A stretch of 64,000 bases of DNA, from assembly GCA_965652295.1 (NCBI GenBank), contig CBFGTS010000001.1:224001-288000 (forward strand), read 5' to 3'. The number at the start of each line of letters is the position of its first letter. Within the stretch, counting starts at the first letter, position 1. Below are positions 10,729 through 20,213 of the stretch, in pieces. A program made the translations under genes and the position numbers. Source of the stretch: an uncultured Haloferula sp. (GTDB taxonomy: Bacteria; Verrucomicrobiota; Verrucomicrobiia; Verrucomicrobiales; Akkermansiaceae). A model generated the notes under the pieces. The model did no database searches. It had not been told where the DNA came from and saw nothing but the letters and a program-made list of their open reading frames with translations.

Positions 10729-11130
10729 ATGAAGACCCCCCGGCTTCTCTCCTCCGTGGCCCTCGGGGCCGTCCTCACCGCCATTTCCTCCGCCCAACAG
10801 GCGGGGTGGGTGAGCCTGGCGTCGATCGATGACGAACTGAAGCTCGGCAAGGGCGAAACGGCGTTCGTGGTGAGCGTTTCACAGCCGATCTATCTATCGA
10901 TCGAGCCGAAGGATCAGGCCGGCCGGGGCATCCGTTTGCGACCGCATATGCCGGCAAGCCTGATCGAGCGTCCCGGCCGGAGCTACTATGAACGCAGTGA
11001 AATCACGGCGGTGGGGTGGCATCAGCCCTTTCCGATCGCGGGACCGTGCACGATCCGGTTGGGCACGGCGGCGCTGGTGACGATGCAGGTGGTTTCCCCG
11101 CAGCCGGTGCCGCAGGTCAGCCGACGGTGA
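10729..11130 (+). CDS. Hypothetical secreted protein
   Basis: Signal peptide MKTPRLLSSVALGAVLTAISSA; fills the gap between genes. Confidence 0.6.
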   Translation: MKTPRLLSSVALGAVLTAISSAQQAGWVSLASIDDELKLGKGETAFVVSVSQPIYLSIEPKDQAGRGIRLRPHMPASLIERPGRSYYERSEITAVGWHQPFPIAGPCTIRLGTAALVTMQVVSPQPVPQVSRR

Positions 11131-12241
11131 AGGGCGTGGCTTCGATGCCGTGGGCCTCGCCGACGGCGGGACAGGTGAGCCGGCCTTGCCAGGTGTTGAC
11201 GCCGCCGCCGAGGGCGGGGGTACGGAGGACGGCTTGCTCGAGTCCGTGTTCGGCGAGTTCGAGGACGTACTTGAAGGTGATGTTGGTGAGCGCCTGAGTC
11301 GCGGTGCGGGCGTAGGCGGCGGGCATGTTGGCGACGCAGTAGTGGAGCACGTCCTCCTCGAGGTAGGTCGGGTTTTCGTGAGTGGTCGGCCGGGTGGTTT
11401 CGCAGCAGCCTCCTTGATCGACAGCAATGTCCACGACCACCGTGCCGGGCTGCATTTCGCGGAGCATCGAGCGGGTGATGAGCTTCGGAGCCCGCGCTCC
11501 CGGAACGAGGACCGCTCCGATGAGCAGATCGACGCGTGGCAGCATCTCCATCAGGTTGGCTTCGTTCGAATAGAGCGTGTTGGCGGCCCCCATGGTGACG
11601 TCGAGAAAACGCATGCGTTCGAGATCCACTTCGAGGATGGTGACATCGGCCCCCATGCCCATGGCGACGCGGGCGGCATTGACGCCGGCCGACCCGCCGC
11701 CGATGACGCAGACGCGGCCGGGGAGGACGCCGGGGACGCCGCCGAGTAGGGTGCCGCGGCCACCGTTCTGGGTGCCGAGGTGAAAGGCACCGACGATGGC
11801 GGACATGCGACCGGCGATCTCGCTCATCGGTTCGAGCAGCGGCAAACGGTGATTCACCTCGATGGTTTCGTAGGCGATGCAGGTCGCGCCGGAGGCCATC
11901 AGCCCGCGGGTGAGTTCGGCATCGGCGGCGAGGTGGAGGTAGGTGAAAAGCGTGTGCTGCGGGCCGAGAAGCGGGATTTCCGATGCCTGCGGCTCCTTGA
12001 CTTTGACGATGAGGTCGGCGCTTTCGAACACCGCCTCGGCGGCATCCACCAGTGTGGCTCCGGCACGCTCGTAAGCCTGGTCCGGGTAGCCCGCGCCGGC
12101 ACCGGCCCCTTTTTGGACGACGACCTTGTGGCCGTGGCGGACGAGTTCGGCGGCGGTGGAAGGAATGAGGGCGACGCGTTTTTCCTGCGGTTTGATTTCG
12201 CGCGGAACGCCGATGGTCGAAGGCTGGGACGGTGGGTTCAT
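11117..12241 (-). CDS. ald: Alanine dehydrogenase
   Basis: [55 protein letters not shown]. Confidence 0.95.
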   Translation of the reverse strand: MNPPSQPSTIGVPREIKPQEKRVALIPSTAAELVRHGHKVVVQKGAGAGAGYPDQAYERAGATLVDAAEAVFESADLIVKVKEPQASEIPLLGPQHTLFTYLHLAADAELTRGLMASGATCIAYETIEVNHRLPLLEPMSEIAGRMSAIVGAFHLGTQNGGRGTLLGGVPGVLPGRVCVIGGGSAGVNAARVAMGMGADVTILEVDLERMRFLDVTMGAANTLYSNEANLMEMLPRVDLLIGAVLVPGARAPKLITRSMLREMQPGTVVVDIAVDQGGCCETTRPTTHENPTYLEEDVLHYCVANMPAAYARTATQALTNITFKYVLELAEHGLEQAVLRTPALGGGVNTWQGRLTCPAVGEAHGIEATPFTVG

Positions 12242-12300
12242 GAAAGGACGCCTCCCTCAGCAGCCGGGCTGCCAAGGGAGGTGGAAATCTCAAGTCGGGA

Positions 12301-14619
12301 TCACTCCATTTGGACGGCGAGTTGGTCGCCGACGTAGATGCGGTATTTGTGAATGTCGCCGGGGTTGTCTCCGGCGCGGGGGACGAGACGGAAGCCGCCG
12401 ATGGTTTCCTCCTTGCCGAGGTCGATGACGAGGCGGTGGGGGTAGCCGGGCTGGGCGTTCTTCCATTCGGTGTGCCAGAAGTCGGAAGTCTGGCCGTTGA
12501 TGGCGTTACTGGCCGATCCGTCCTCGCCGACCATTTCCTGGCTGCTGGCGTAGGCGATGGTCCAGGTGGCGTGGGAAATCGAGTTCCCTTGGCGGTCGAG
12601 CAGATCGAGCTCGGCAATGGCCGCGTGGGGTTTGTCGTCGTGGGAGCTGAGCGCCTCAAGGCAGAACTGGGTGCCCTTTACCGGGATTTTGAAATCGACG
12701 ACCTTGTCCTTCTTGTCGCGGTCGAAACTGCCTTCAAGCACCGGCTTCACGCCATCGAGTTTGAGATTGGCCTTGCTGGCCGCGCCGCGGGCGAAGTCGA
12801 GTTCGGGCCGGAGTTCGTTGAGGATGGGGGTTTCGAGTCCTGAGGATACCGGCTTTTCCGGGCCGACGAGATCGAGGATGACGATCTCGTTTTCGCCCTC
12901 CTTCAGCCACGGGCCGGGAATGTAGGCGGTCTGGGTGGGGCCGATGTTCCAGTAGCGGGCGAGGCATTGACCATTGACCCAGATCACCCCTTTGCCCCAG
13001 CTGCGGAGGTCGAGGAAGGTGTCGGCCGCTTTCTCCAGGGAAACGGTGGCACGCCAGAATTTCGGGCCGTCGCCAGCCGCGGCGGCGGGTTGCCATTTCA
13101 AGGAGGCGAGCTGGGCGTCATCGAGCGGCAGGCGGTAGACGCCCCATGGTCCGGCGACTTCCTTGCCGTCGAGTTTCACGGCACCCTGGATGCCCTTCCG
13201 GTCGTGGATTTCCTTGCCGAAATTCACGTGGCCCATGGTGTGGACGAGGATGTCGAGGATGGCTTCCTTTTCACGGGCGGGGAGGACGACCTTGAAGCGA
13301 CGCGAGCGGCGGTCCATGACGCCGACCTCCTTGCCGTCGACGCGGATCCAGGCGAAGTCGTGGACTTGAGCGATCTCCAGTGGTGAGGCTGGGCCGGCGG
13401 GGATTTTCGTGCGGTAGAGCATCGTGCCGTGGCCCTGGTCGTATTTTTCCATGACCTGCGGGGCGTCGGTCATGGCGGGTTTCGGCAGGTTGTCGTAAAC
13501 GGCGGCGGCCTGGGTGAATTCGAACTCGGGAACGGTGATGACGGGCATCGGCGCGGGAGGATCCGGCAGGGTTTCCCCGGGCAGCAGGTAGCGCTTCATC
13601 AGGGCGCGGGTCTTGTCGAACTTCTCGCCGATCCAGCCGGCCTCGCTGATCGGGGCGTCGTAATCGTAGCTGGAGGTATCCGGCTTGAAGGGGCGGTCGG
13701 CACCTGCCCACATCCCGAAGGAGGTGCCGCCATGCGCCATGTAGATGCTGAAGGAGGCTCCTTCCTTGAGCATGTATTCGAGGTCGGCGAGGTTCTGATC
13801 GAGGTTGCCGAAATGGTGCGGAGCGCCCCAGGTATCGAACCAACCGGGGTAGAACTCGCCGCAGACGAGCGGACCGTCCTTCTGGATCTCGCGCAGCGAG
13901 GCGAAGGCCCCGGCGGGGTCGCTGCCGAAATTGACGACGGAAAAGAGGTCGTCGAGGTAGCCGTTGCGGAGGTTGCCCCGTGGGTTGCAGGCGAAGAGCG
14001 GGATGTCGAAGCCGGCGTCGAGCATCACCTGGCGCAGCTCGTCCATGTATTTGGCGTCCTTGCCATAGAAACCGTATTCGTTTTCCACCTGGGCCATCAG
14101 GATCGGGCCGCCGTGGGTCACCTGCTGCGGACCAAGCACGCGGCCGACTTCCGTGAGCCAGCGTTTGGAGGCTTCGATGAACTTCGGGTCGCGGGAGCGG
14201 AGGGCGATGTCGTCGTTTTTCAGCAGCCACCACGGCAGGCCGCCGCCGTCCCACTCGGCACAAGCGTAGGGGCCGGGGCGCAGGACCACCCACAGGCCTT
14301 CCTCCTGAGCGAGCTTGCAGAACTCGACCGCATCGCGACGGCCACTCCAGTCGAACTTCCCTTCTTCAAATTCGTGGAAATTCCAGAACAGGTAGGCGCA
14401 GACGGTGTTGAGCCCCATCGCCTTGCAGAGCTGGAGGCGGTGACGCCAGTATTCGCGCGGCACGCGGGCGAAGTGGATTTCGCCACAACGCATCTGGAAG
14501 CGTTCGCCATCGAGCAGGAACTCCTTTTCGCCGATCTCGAAGGTGGTGTCGGCGGCGGTGGCGGGCGCGGCGGACAGCAGGGCCGCGGCGAGGGCGAGGG
14601 TCTTGAGAGTGCGGATCAT
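12301..14619 (-). CDS. Secreted beta-galactosidase GH35 with C-terminal F5/8 type C (discoidin/CBM32-like) domain
   Basis: GEIHFARVP..YW, LRPGPYACAEWD.GGLPWWL, QVENEYG, EFYPGWF, TSSYDYDAP; C-terminal AINGQTSDFWHT..PH..IDLG. Confidence 0.93.
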   Translation of the reverse strand: MIRTLKTLALAAALLSAAPATAADTTFEIGEKEFLLDGERFQMRCGEIHFARVPREYWRHRLQLCKAMGLNTVCAYLFWNFHEFEEGKFDWSGRRDAVEFCKLAQEEGLWVVLRPGPYACAEWDGGGLPWWLLKNDDIALRSRDPKFIEASKRWLTEVGRVLGPQQVTHGGPILMAQVENEYGFYGKDAKYMDELRQVMLDAGFDIPLFACNPRGNLRNGYLDDLFSVVNFGSDPAGAFASLREIQKDGPLVCGEFYPGWFDTWGAPHHFGNLDQNLADLEYMLKEGASFSIYMAHGGTSFGMWAGADRPFKPDTSSYDYDAPISEAGWIGEKFDKTRALMKRYLLPGETLPDPPAPMPVITVPEFEFTQAAAVYDNLPKPAMTDAPQVMEKYDQGHGTMLYRTKIPAGPASPLEIAQVHDFAWIRVDGKEVGVMDRRSRRFKVVLPAREKEAILDILVHTMGHVNFGKEIHDRKGIQGAVKLDGKEVAGPWGVYRLPLDDAQLASLKWQPAAAAGDGPKFWRATVSLEKAADTFLDLRSWGKGVIWVNGQCLARYWNIGPTQTAYIPGPWLKEGENEIVILDLVGPEKPVSSGLETPILNELRPELDFARGAASKANLKLDGVKPVLEGSFDRDKKDKVVDFKIPVKGTQFCLEALSSHDDKPHAAIAELDLLDRQGNSISHATWTIAYASSQEMVGEDGSASNAINGQTSDFWHTEWKNAQPGYPHRLVIDLGKEETIGGFRLVPRAGDNPGDIHKYRIYVGDQLAVQME

Positions 14620-14689
14620 GGAACGTTTCCTGTATGAAGCGGCCCGGATACTGGCGATCGTTCCGGGTCCTTGCAAGCCGGCCGGGAAA

Positions 14690-15616
14690 TCAGGGCAGGA
14701 TCCCCTTCGCTTCCGCATAATCCCGGGGAACCACCAGTTTCACGCCGCCGGGGATGACGTGGGCCTCGAAAGGCGTCGTGCCGATCGGCTCGCCGTCGAT
14801 TTCAAGGTTGAGCGGTGGGTCGGCCTCGACCCGGATCCTTTCGGCGGAAAAATAGCGTAGTTCGGGGGTGCCTCCGTAGCGGCGGGTGAGCAGACGGAAG
14901 ACGACCTTGAGAATGCCGGCGATGCTGCGCGGCGAAACCACGGCGAGATCGAGTTTGCCGTCGTGCGGGCTGAGGTTCGAACCGAGCGCGATGCCGGAGC
15001 CTTGGATTTCGCCCACATTGATGGCGATCACCGTATGCGCGCGGAACCGCAACGTGCGGTCGTCGATGGTCAGGCGGATGCGCGAGCGCTTGAGGGAAAA
15101 CAGGCTCTTCACTCCGGTGATGATGTAGGCGAAGAAGCCGAGGCGGTCTTTCAACTTCCGGTCGGCGGCCTTGATCAGGTCGGCGTCCCAGCCCGAGCCT
15201 GCCATCAGGGCGAAATAGCGGTCATGATCGATGAGGTGGCCGACATCCATCGGCACCGCGACGCCGGTCCGCAGTGCGAGGTCGAGCGCCTTCTGCGGAT
15301 CGGTCGGAATGGAAAGCGCGCGGGCCAGCAGGTTGGCGGTGCCGGTCGGGATTTGGGCGAGCGGGATGCCGGATCCGTTTTCGATGATCCCGGACATGGC
15401 TTCCATCACGGTGCCATCGCCTCCGGCGACCAGCAGCAGGTCGCGGTCGGTCTCCGCCGCCCACTTCCGGGCGTCGCCCTCGCCCTGGGTCTCGCGCATT
15501 TCAAAGTCCAACCCGCTTTCCTCAAGCGCGGTGCGGATCGTTTGCAGGATCTCTTCCGCCTCGTCCTGCCCGGCGGCAGGATTGATGATGGCGAGGACTC
15601 GGCGGGGTTGGCTCAT
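14690..15616 (-). CDS. Diacylglycerol kinase family lipid kinase (YegS/BmrU-like)
   Basis: IINPAAG, AGGDGTV, IPTGTANLLA, DGKLD, IDGE. Confidence 0.88.
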   Translation of the reverse strand: MSQPRRVLAIINPAAGQDEAEEILQTIRTALEESGLDFEMRETQGEGDARKWAAETDRDLLLVAGGDGTVMEAMSGIIENGSGIPLAQIPTGTANLLARALSIPTDPQKALDLALRTGVAVPMDVGHLIDHDRYFALMAGSGWDADLIKAADRKLKDRLGFFAYIITGVKSLFSLKRSRIRLTIDDRTLRFRAHTVIAINVGEIQGSGIALGSNLSPHDGKLDLAVVSPRSIAGILKVVFRLLTRRYGGTPELRYFSAERIRVEADPPLNLEIDGEPIGTTPFEAHVIPGGVKLVVPRDYAEAKGILP

Positions 15617-15663
15617 TCGGTATTGGCACGGATAGCCCGGGGGTGCCGGAAGTCCAACCGGCG

Positions 15664-16293
15664 CTAGTCGATGAGACTCTGCTTCACGGCGTAGCGGGTG
15701 AGATCGACGTTGGTGGCGAGTCCGAGCTTGGCGGAGATGCGGGTGCGGTAGGTGGAGATGGTCTTCTCGCTGAGATCGAGCATGGTGGCGATGGCTTTGA
15801 GTGAGTGGCCGGCGGCGACGAGCTTGAGGACCTCCAGTTCGCGGTTCGACAAGGCGTCGTGGGGCGTCGCGACGGTGGTGCCGCTGAGGGAACCGGCGAG
15901 GTCTTCGGCCAGCGCGGGGCTGACGTAGCGCCCGCCGGCGAGGATGCGGTTCACGGCGGTGACGAGCGCGTCGCCCGCGCTTTGTTTCGAGACATATCCG
16001 GCGGCACCCAGCTTCAGCGCGCGGATGCCGTAGTCCCTTTCGGAAAGGGCGCTGACCACCAGCACGGGCAGGCGGGGTTTCGCGGTGCGGATGTCGCGCA
16101 ACAGGTCGAGGCCGCTGCGGCCGGGCATGGTGATGTCGGCGATGACGAGATCGAAGTCGGTTCCGAGGATGACGTTCAACGCTTCCTCCGAGTTGCCGCA
16201 TTCATGGAAATCCAAGCCCATGATTTCCTCCCGCAGCAGAGCGATCATGCCCTTGCGGACGACGGCGTGGTCATCGACGAGAAGAAGTTTCAT
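15664..16293 (-). CDS. NarL/LuxR family response regulator
   Basis: REC domain (LVDDH, DITMPG, K) plus LuxR HTH (LSNRELEVL..IA..LDLSEKTISTYR). Confidence 0.93.
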   Translation of the reverse strand: MKLLLVDDHAVVRKGMIALLREEIMGLDFHECGNSEEALNVILGTDFDLVIADITMPGRSGLDLLRDIRTAKPRLPVLVVSALSERDYGIRALKLGAAGYVSKQSAGDALVTAVNRILAGGRYVSPALAEDLAGSLSGTTVATPHDALSNRELEVLKLVAAGHSLKAIATMLDLSEKTISTYRTRISAKLGLATNVDLTRYAVKQSLID

Positions 16294-17306
16294 GCCACCT
16301 GCCGATCGGGAGGGTGGTCATTGAGGGGAAGTATGAGACGCACCGTGGTGCCGCAGCCGGAGTGGGTTTCGAAAGAAAGCTCTCCGCCCGCGTTGCGTGC
16401 CCGCTCCCACATCCCGAGCATGCCGAGCGAGATTGGTTTTTCCGCGAGGCCTGGATCCATGCCGCTGCCGTTGTCCTTCACGGTGAGACGCAGGCGGCCT
16501 TCTCCCACTGCGCAGGCGGCCTCCACCTCGGTGGCTCCGGCATGGCGGGCGACGTTGGTGAGGGATTCCTGGAAGATCCGGAACGCGGCTGTGGCGAGCG
16601 GGCGGGGCAGGGGTCCGTTCATGTCGCCGAGCGAGAGCGAGCATGGGATCTCCGTGTGGTGGGTGAAGTCGCGCGCCTCCTCTTCAAGAGCCGCGGCGAG
16701 GCCGATGTGATCGAGCGTTTGCGGACGCAAGCCGGACGCGACGCGACGGACCGAATCGATCGCCTCGTCCACCAGACCGGATGTTTCCACGATGAGATCG
16801 ACGAGGGGGTTCAGCCCGCGGTCGGCATGACGATCGAGGATTTTCTCCGCCAGACGGAGCTTCAGCTTGATGCCGGTGAGCTGCTGCCCCAGCTCGTCGT
16901 GGATTTCCCGCGCGATCTCGGTTCGCTCGTCTTCCCGCAGAGCCTGGAGCCGTGCGGAGAGCTCCCGGAAGCGTTCGCAGTAAGCGATCAGTTCCTCCGC
17001 GCGAAGCTTCTCCGCCTTGCGCCACCCCCCGAACGACCAGCGCAGGGCGGTAAAGAGCAGGAGGGAGGTGATGAAGATGAAATTCAGGCCCTTGAAGGAA
17101 TGGAGGGACTCCGCCATCGGGTGAAGGTCCGACAGCTGCTCGACCACGGTGTCTGATCCGATGATCCACGCGCAGCCGAGGAAAAGATAGGCGAGCGAGA
17201 TTCGGACCTCAGGCAGCCGCAGGAATGATTTCAGCCCCGAGGGGGTGCCCGGATCCGCTCCCGAGGCATCATGTCGGGATTTGGTGACGTCGGGCCAACG
17301 GTCCAT
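16290..17306 (-). CDS. Membrane sensor histidine kinase (HisKA_3 type)
   Basis: Two TM helices; ERTEIAREIHDELGQ, FRIFQESLTNV, DNGSG, GMLGMWER; ATGA overlap with the regulator. The start position is approximate. Confidence 0.88.
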   Translation of the reverse strand: MDRWPDVTKSRHDASGADPGTPSGLKSFLRLPEVRISLAYLFLGCAWIIGSDTVVEQLSDLHPMAESLHSFKGLNFIFITSLLLFTALRWSFGGWRKAEKLRAEELIAYCERFRELSARLQALREDERTEIAREIHDELGQQLTGIKLKLRLAEKILDRHADRGLNPLVDLIVETSGLVDEAIDSVRRVASGLRPQTLDHIGLAAALEEEARDFTHHTEIPCSLSLGDMNGPLPRPLATAAFRIFQESLTNVARHAGATEVEAACAVGEGRLRLTVKDNGSGMDPGLAEKPISLGMLGMWERARNAGGELSFETHSGCGTTVRLILPLNDHPPDRQVA

Positions 17307-17393
17307 GCTGATTACATGACTGAACCCGCTACGGTTTTGAAGCAAGATCGGAAAGGGTAATGCATGGTCGAAGCGTGTCACCGTGATGAAAAA

Positions 17394-18899
17394 TCACCGT
17401 GCTCCCGAGGGAAATGGCTGGGGTGAGGAGGTGGGGCCGTGGATCTGGATGACGTCCGGGCCTCCATCGGGATCCGGGACGAAGCGCACGCGGTCGATGG
17501 CGAGATGGCGCGGGTTTGTCCGGGTGGAGCTGTGGTGGCGGTGATAAACGATGAAGGTTTCCCTGCCATCAGGCGAAGGGGTGAAACAATGGTGGGCGGT
17601 TCCGCGGGCATAGGCGGTGGATTTCATCACCGGGTTGAATTCATGCTTTTTCCACGGGCCCAGAGGGCTGTTGGAGGTGGCGTAGCCCACGGCATACTCC
17701 GGGGCTTTGAAGTGACTGCCTGAATAGGTCAAATAGTAGGTGCCCTTGTGCTTGAGCATCTCCGGTCCTTCGGTGACGGCTCCTTGGTGAAGTTCCCACT
17801 CCTGATCGGGCTTCATCATCCGCCGCAGGGTGGAGGGATCGACGGTGACCATGTCGTCGTTCAGTTTGCCGCCCCAGATCTCGTTCCCCTCGCCGAAGCT
17901 GACGTAGTAGAAATAGCGCTGGCCGTCGTCGTCTTCGAACACATGGCCATCGATCCGGATCTCGGCTGGCTCCATCGGTGCGTGATCCTCCTGGCGGAAG
18001 GGTCCGTTCGGCGACTTGGCAGTGGCGACGCACATGCGTTCCTCGGAGGCGTAGTAGAGATAAAACATCCCGTTCCTTTCCACGATATCCGGTGCCCAGA
18101 AACCGTGGTCGCCCCAGCTGTCCTGATCCTTCAGAACGAATCCCTCGTCCTTCCACTCGACGAGGTTCTTCGACGTGTGGAGCCGGATGCCCTGCGTCTT
18201 GCCGCGGGTGGGAGCGGTGTGGGTCGTATAGGCGTAGTACTTCCCGCGGTGGTGAAGCACGACGGGGTCCGCACAGCCCGGTTGGACGGGATTGGTGTAG
18301 GTCCGCAAGCTTGGATCGGGCCGGTAGGGGGAGATCTTCAAGTTGCGGAAGGACGCGGCACCGTTCAGGGCGTGGAGGGCCACCGTTCCCTTGGCGAAGG
18401 CGGTATCAAAACCGTCGAAGACCGGCCAACTCCTGGCGGTGATACCTTCGTTCTCCACGAAAATGCGAATGTGTCCTCCCGAGGCCTGAATGCGCAGGTG
18501 CTGCCATTCATCGACTCCGACAGGAACCGGCCGCCGGGCGATGATGCGCCATGTCGGATCGGTCGCAGCCCAGGTGACGGCATTCGTTCCGGCGGTCACG
18601 CCGACATAGTAGCCTTCGGATGAGTTGTCGCGGGCACGGAAGACCACACCCACCTCGGTGCCGGATGCCTCCGGCCGGACCTCGACGTCCAGCTCGAAGT
18701 CGTCCGCTTCCAGCCCCCTGAGCACCGCCGTGGCTGTGGAGCTCGGACGCGCGGTGAGGATGCCGTTCTCGGCCGACCATTCACCGCCCGACATCGTCCA
18801 GCGATGCGGCAATGGGTTGCTCAAAGGATCCGTGAACTCCACCGCGGCGGCGGAAAGGGAAGCGAAGACGGGAAACAGGCAGGCGAGGCGGCGGATCAT
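17394..18899 (-). CDS. Secreted GH43 hydrolase with N-terminal DUF1080/ConA-like domain
   Basis: Signal peptide; N-terminal beta-sandwich (W...G.W, DFELDVEV, GVVFR, WQHLRI, FRNLKI); GH43 ADP, WAPD, IDG, EGP, SPLGPW. Confidence 0.85.
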   Translation of the reverse strand: MIRRLACLFPVFASLSAAAVEFTDPLSNPLPHRWTMSGGEWSAENGILTARPSSTATAVLRGLEADDFELDVEVRPEASGTEVGVVFRARDNSSEGYYVGVTAGTNAVTWAATDPTWRIIARRPVPVGVDEWQHLRIQASGGHIRIFVENEGITARSWPVFDGFDTAFAKGTVALHALNGAASFRNLKISPYRPDPSLRTYTNPVQPGCADPVVLHHRGKYYAYTTHTAPTRGKTQGIRLHTSKNLVEWKDEGFVLKDQDSWGDHGFWAPDIVERNGMFYLYYASEERMCVATAKSPNGPFRQEDHAPMEPAEIRIDGHVFEDDDGQRYFYYVSFGEGNEIWGGKLNDDMVTVDPSTLRRMMKPDQEWELHQGAVTEGPEMLKHKGTYYLTYSGSHFKAPEYAVGYATSNSPLGPWKKHEFNPVMKSTAYARGTAHHCFTPSPDGRETFIVYHRHHSSTRTNPRHLAIDRVRFVPDPDGGPDVIQIHGPTSSPQPFPSGAR

Positions 18900-19089
18900 C
18901 GGGATGAAGAGCTGCCTTTCATAACGTGATGACCGGGGCCGGGCTTTCGCCCGCGAAGTGCCGTCGGAGAGGTTCGTGCAGAATGCGCGGCCGTGACGCG
19001 GCCACGCAACGGACGAGGCACACGAACGACGAGGATCTCCGGTCTCAGGAAAACCGGGCGTTGGCATGAGGGCTGGTAGGGCGATAGGG

Positions 19090-20085
19090 ATGACCATTTC
19101 GAAACACTCGACGCCGGACACCGGCCTCGGTGCCGCCACGCCGCGGCGGATCCCGGTCCGGGGTTGGCTGTCGATCGGAAAGCGGGTCTACGGACAGATC
19201 GGCCAGGATCATGTGCAGATCGTCGCTGCCGGAGTCGCCTTCTATTTTTTCCTGAGCCTGTTTCCCGCGATTGCGGCGGTCCTTTCCATCTACGGCCTGA
19301 TCACGGCACCTGCGGAAGCCGCCGCCCAGATGCAGCAGCTTGAGCCGCTGTTGCCGGAGCAGGCTTATACCCTGATCTCCGACTTCGCCGGGGGCCTGGC
19401 CGGAAATGAAAGCGGCAGCCTGGGATGGGGGGTGACCGTGAGCATTCTGCTGAGCCTGTGGAGCACCAACAAGGGCACCGCCGCGCTCTTCACCGGGTTG
19501 AACATCGCCTACGACGAAAAGGAAGCCCGGCCGTTCCTGCGGCGCAAGTTGCTGACGCTGGGCGTCACCTTGGGGGCGATTCTCGCCGGCACGCTGCTGC
19601 TTTCCGCCATCGCCGTGCTGCCCGCGTTGAGGAACATGCTGGTTTTGCCTGGATGGCTCGATGCCGGGGTCGGCTGGCTGCGCTGGCCGTTCTTTGCCGC
19701 GGTCGCGCTTTTCGGCTTGGGTTTTCTGTACAAGGTCGCACCGCACCGGACGAATCCCGAGTGGCGCTGGATCACCCCGGGATCGCTGGTGGCCACGGGG
19801 CTCTGGCTTCTGGGCTCGGTCGGCTTTGCCTGGTACATCGAGAGCTTCGGGGACATGTCGAAAACCTACGGCAGCGTGGCGGCGATCGCCGTCTTGATGC
19901 TGTGGTTTTTCATCACGGCCTTCGCGATCCTCATCGGGGCGGAAATCAATGGTGAATCCGAGCATCAGACCGCGCTGGATTCCACCGTGCCCCCCGAAAA
20001 ACCCCTCGGTGAACGAGGTGCCTACTACGCCGATCACGTCGCGGGTGATGAAGAAAACGCGGAGGAATTTTCGGAGAAGGGATGA
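19090..20085 (+). CDS. YihY/virulence factor BrkB family membrane protein
   Basis: AAGVAFYFFLSLFP, LNIAY, TYGSVAAIAVLMLW, GAEIN. Confidence 0.9.
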   Translation: MTISKHSTPDTGLGAATPRRIPVRGWLSIGKRVYGQIGQDHVQIVAAGVAFYFFLSLFPAIAAVLSIYGLITAPAEAAAQMQQLEPLLPEQAYTLISDFAGGLAGNESGSLGWGVTVSILLSLWSTNKGTAALFTGLNIAYDEKEARPFLRRKLLTLGVTLGAILAGTLLLSAIAVLPALRNMLVLPGWLDAGVGWLRWPFFAAVALFGLGFLYKVAPHRTNPEWRWITPGSLVATGLWLLGSVGFAWYIESFGDMSKTYGSVAAIAVLMLWFFITAFAILIGAEINGESEHQTALDSTVPPEKPLGERGAYYADHVAGDEENAEEFSEKG

Positions 20086-20213
20086 AAGATATGGCGTCGG
20101 CGGTGGCAAGAAAACCCATGGGAATCCTTTCCCGTCGGTAGAACTTAAAATGGCCGTGGTTTTTACCTTGGCATGCCGGGGATCAGATGGTCTGCGTGCA
20201 GGTCCTCCTCCTC

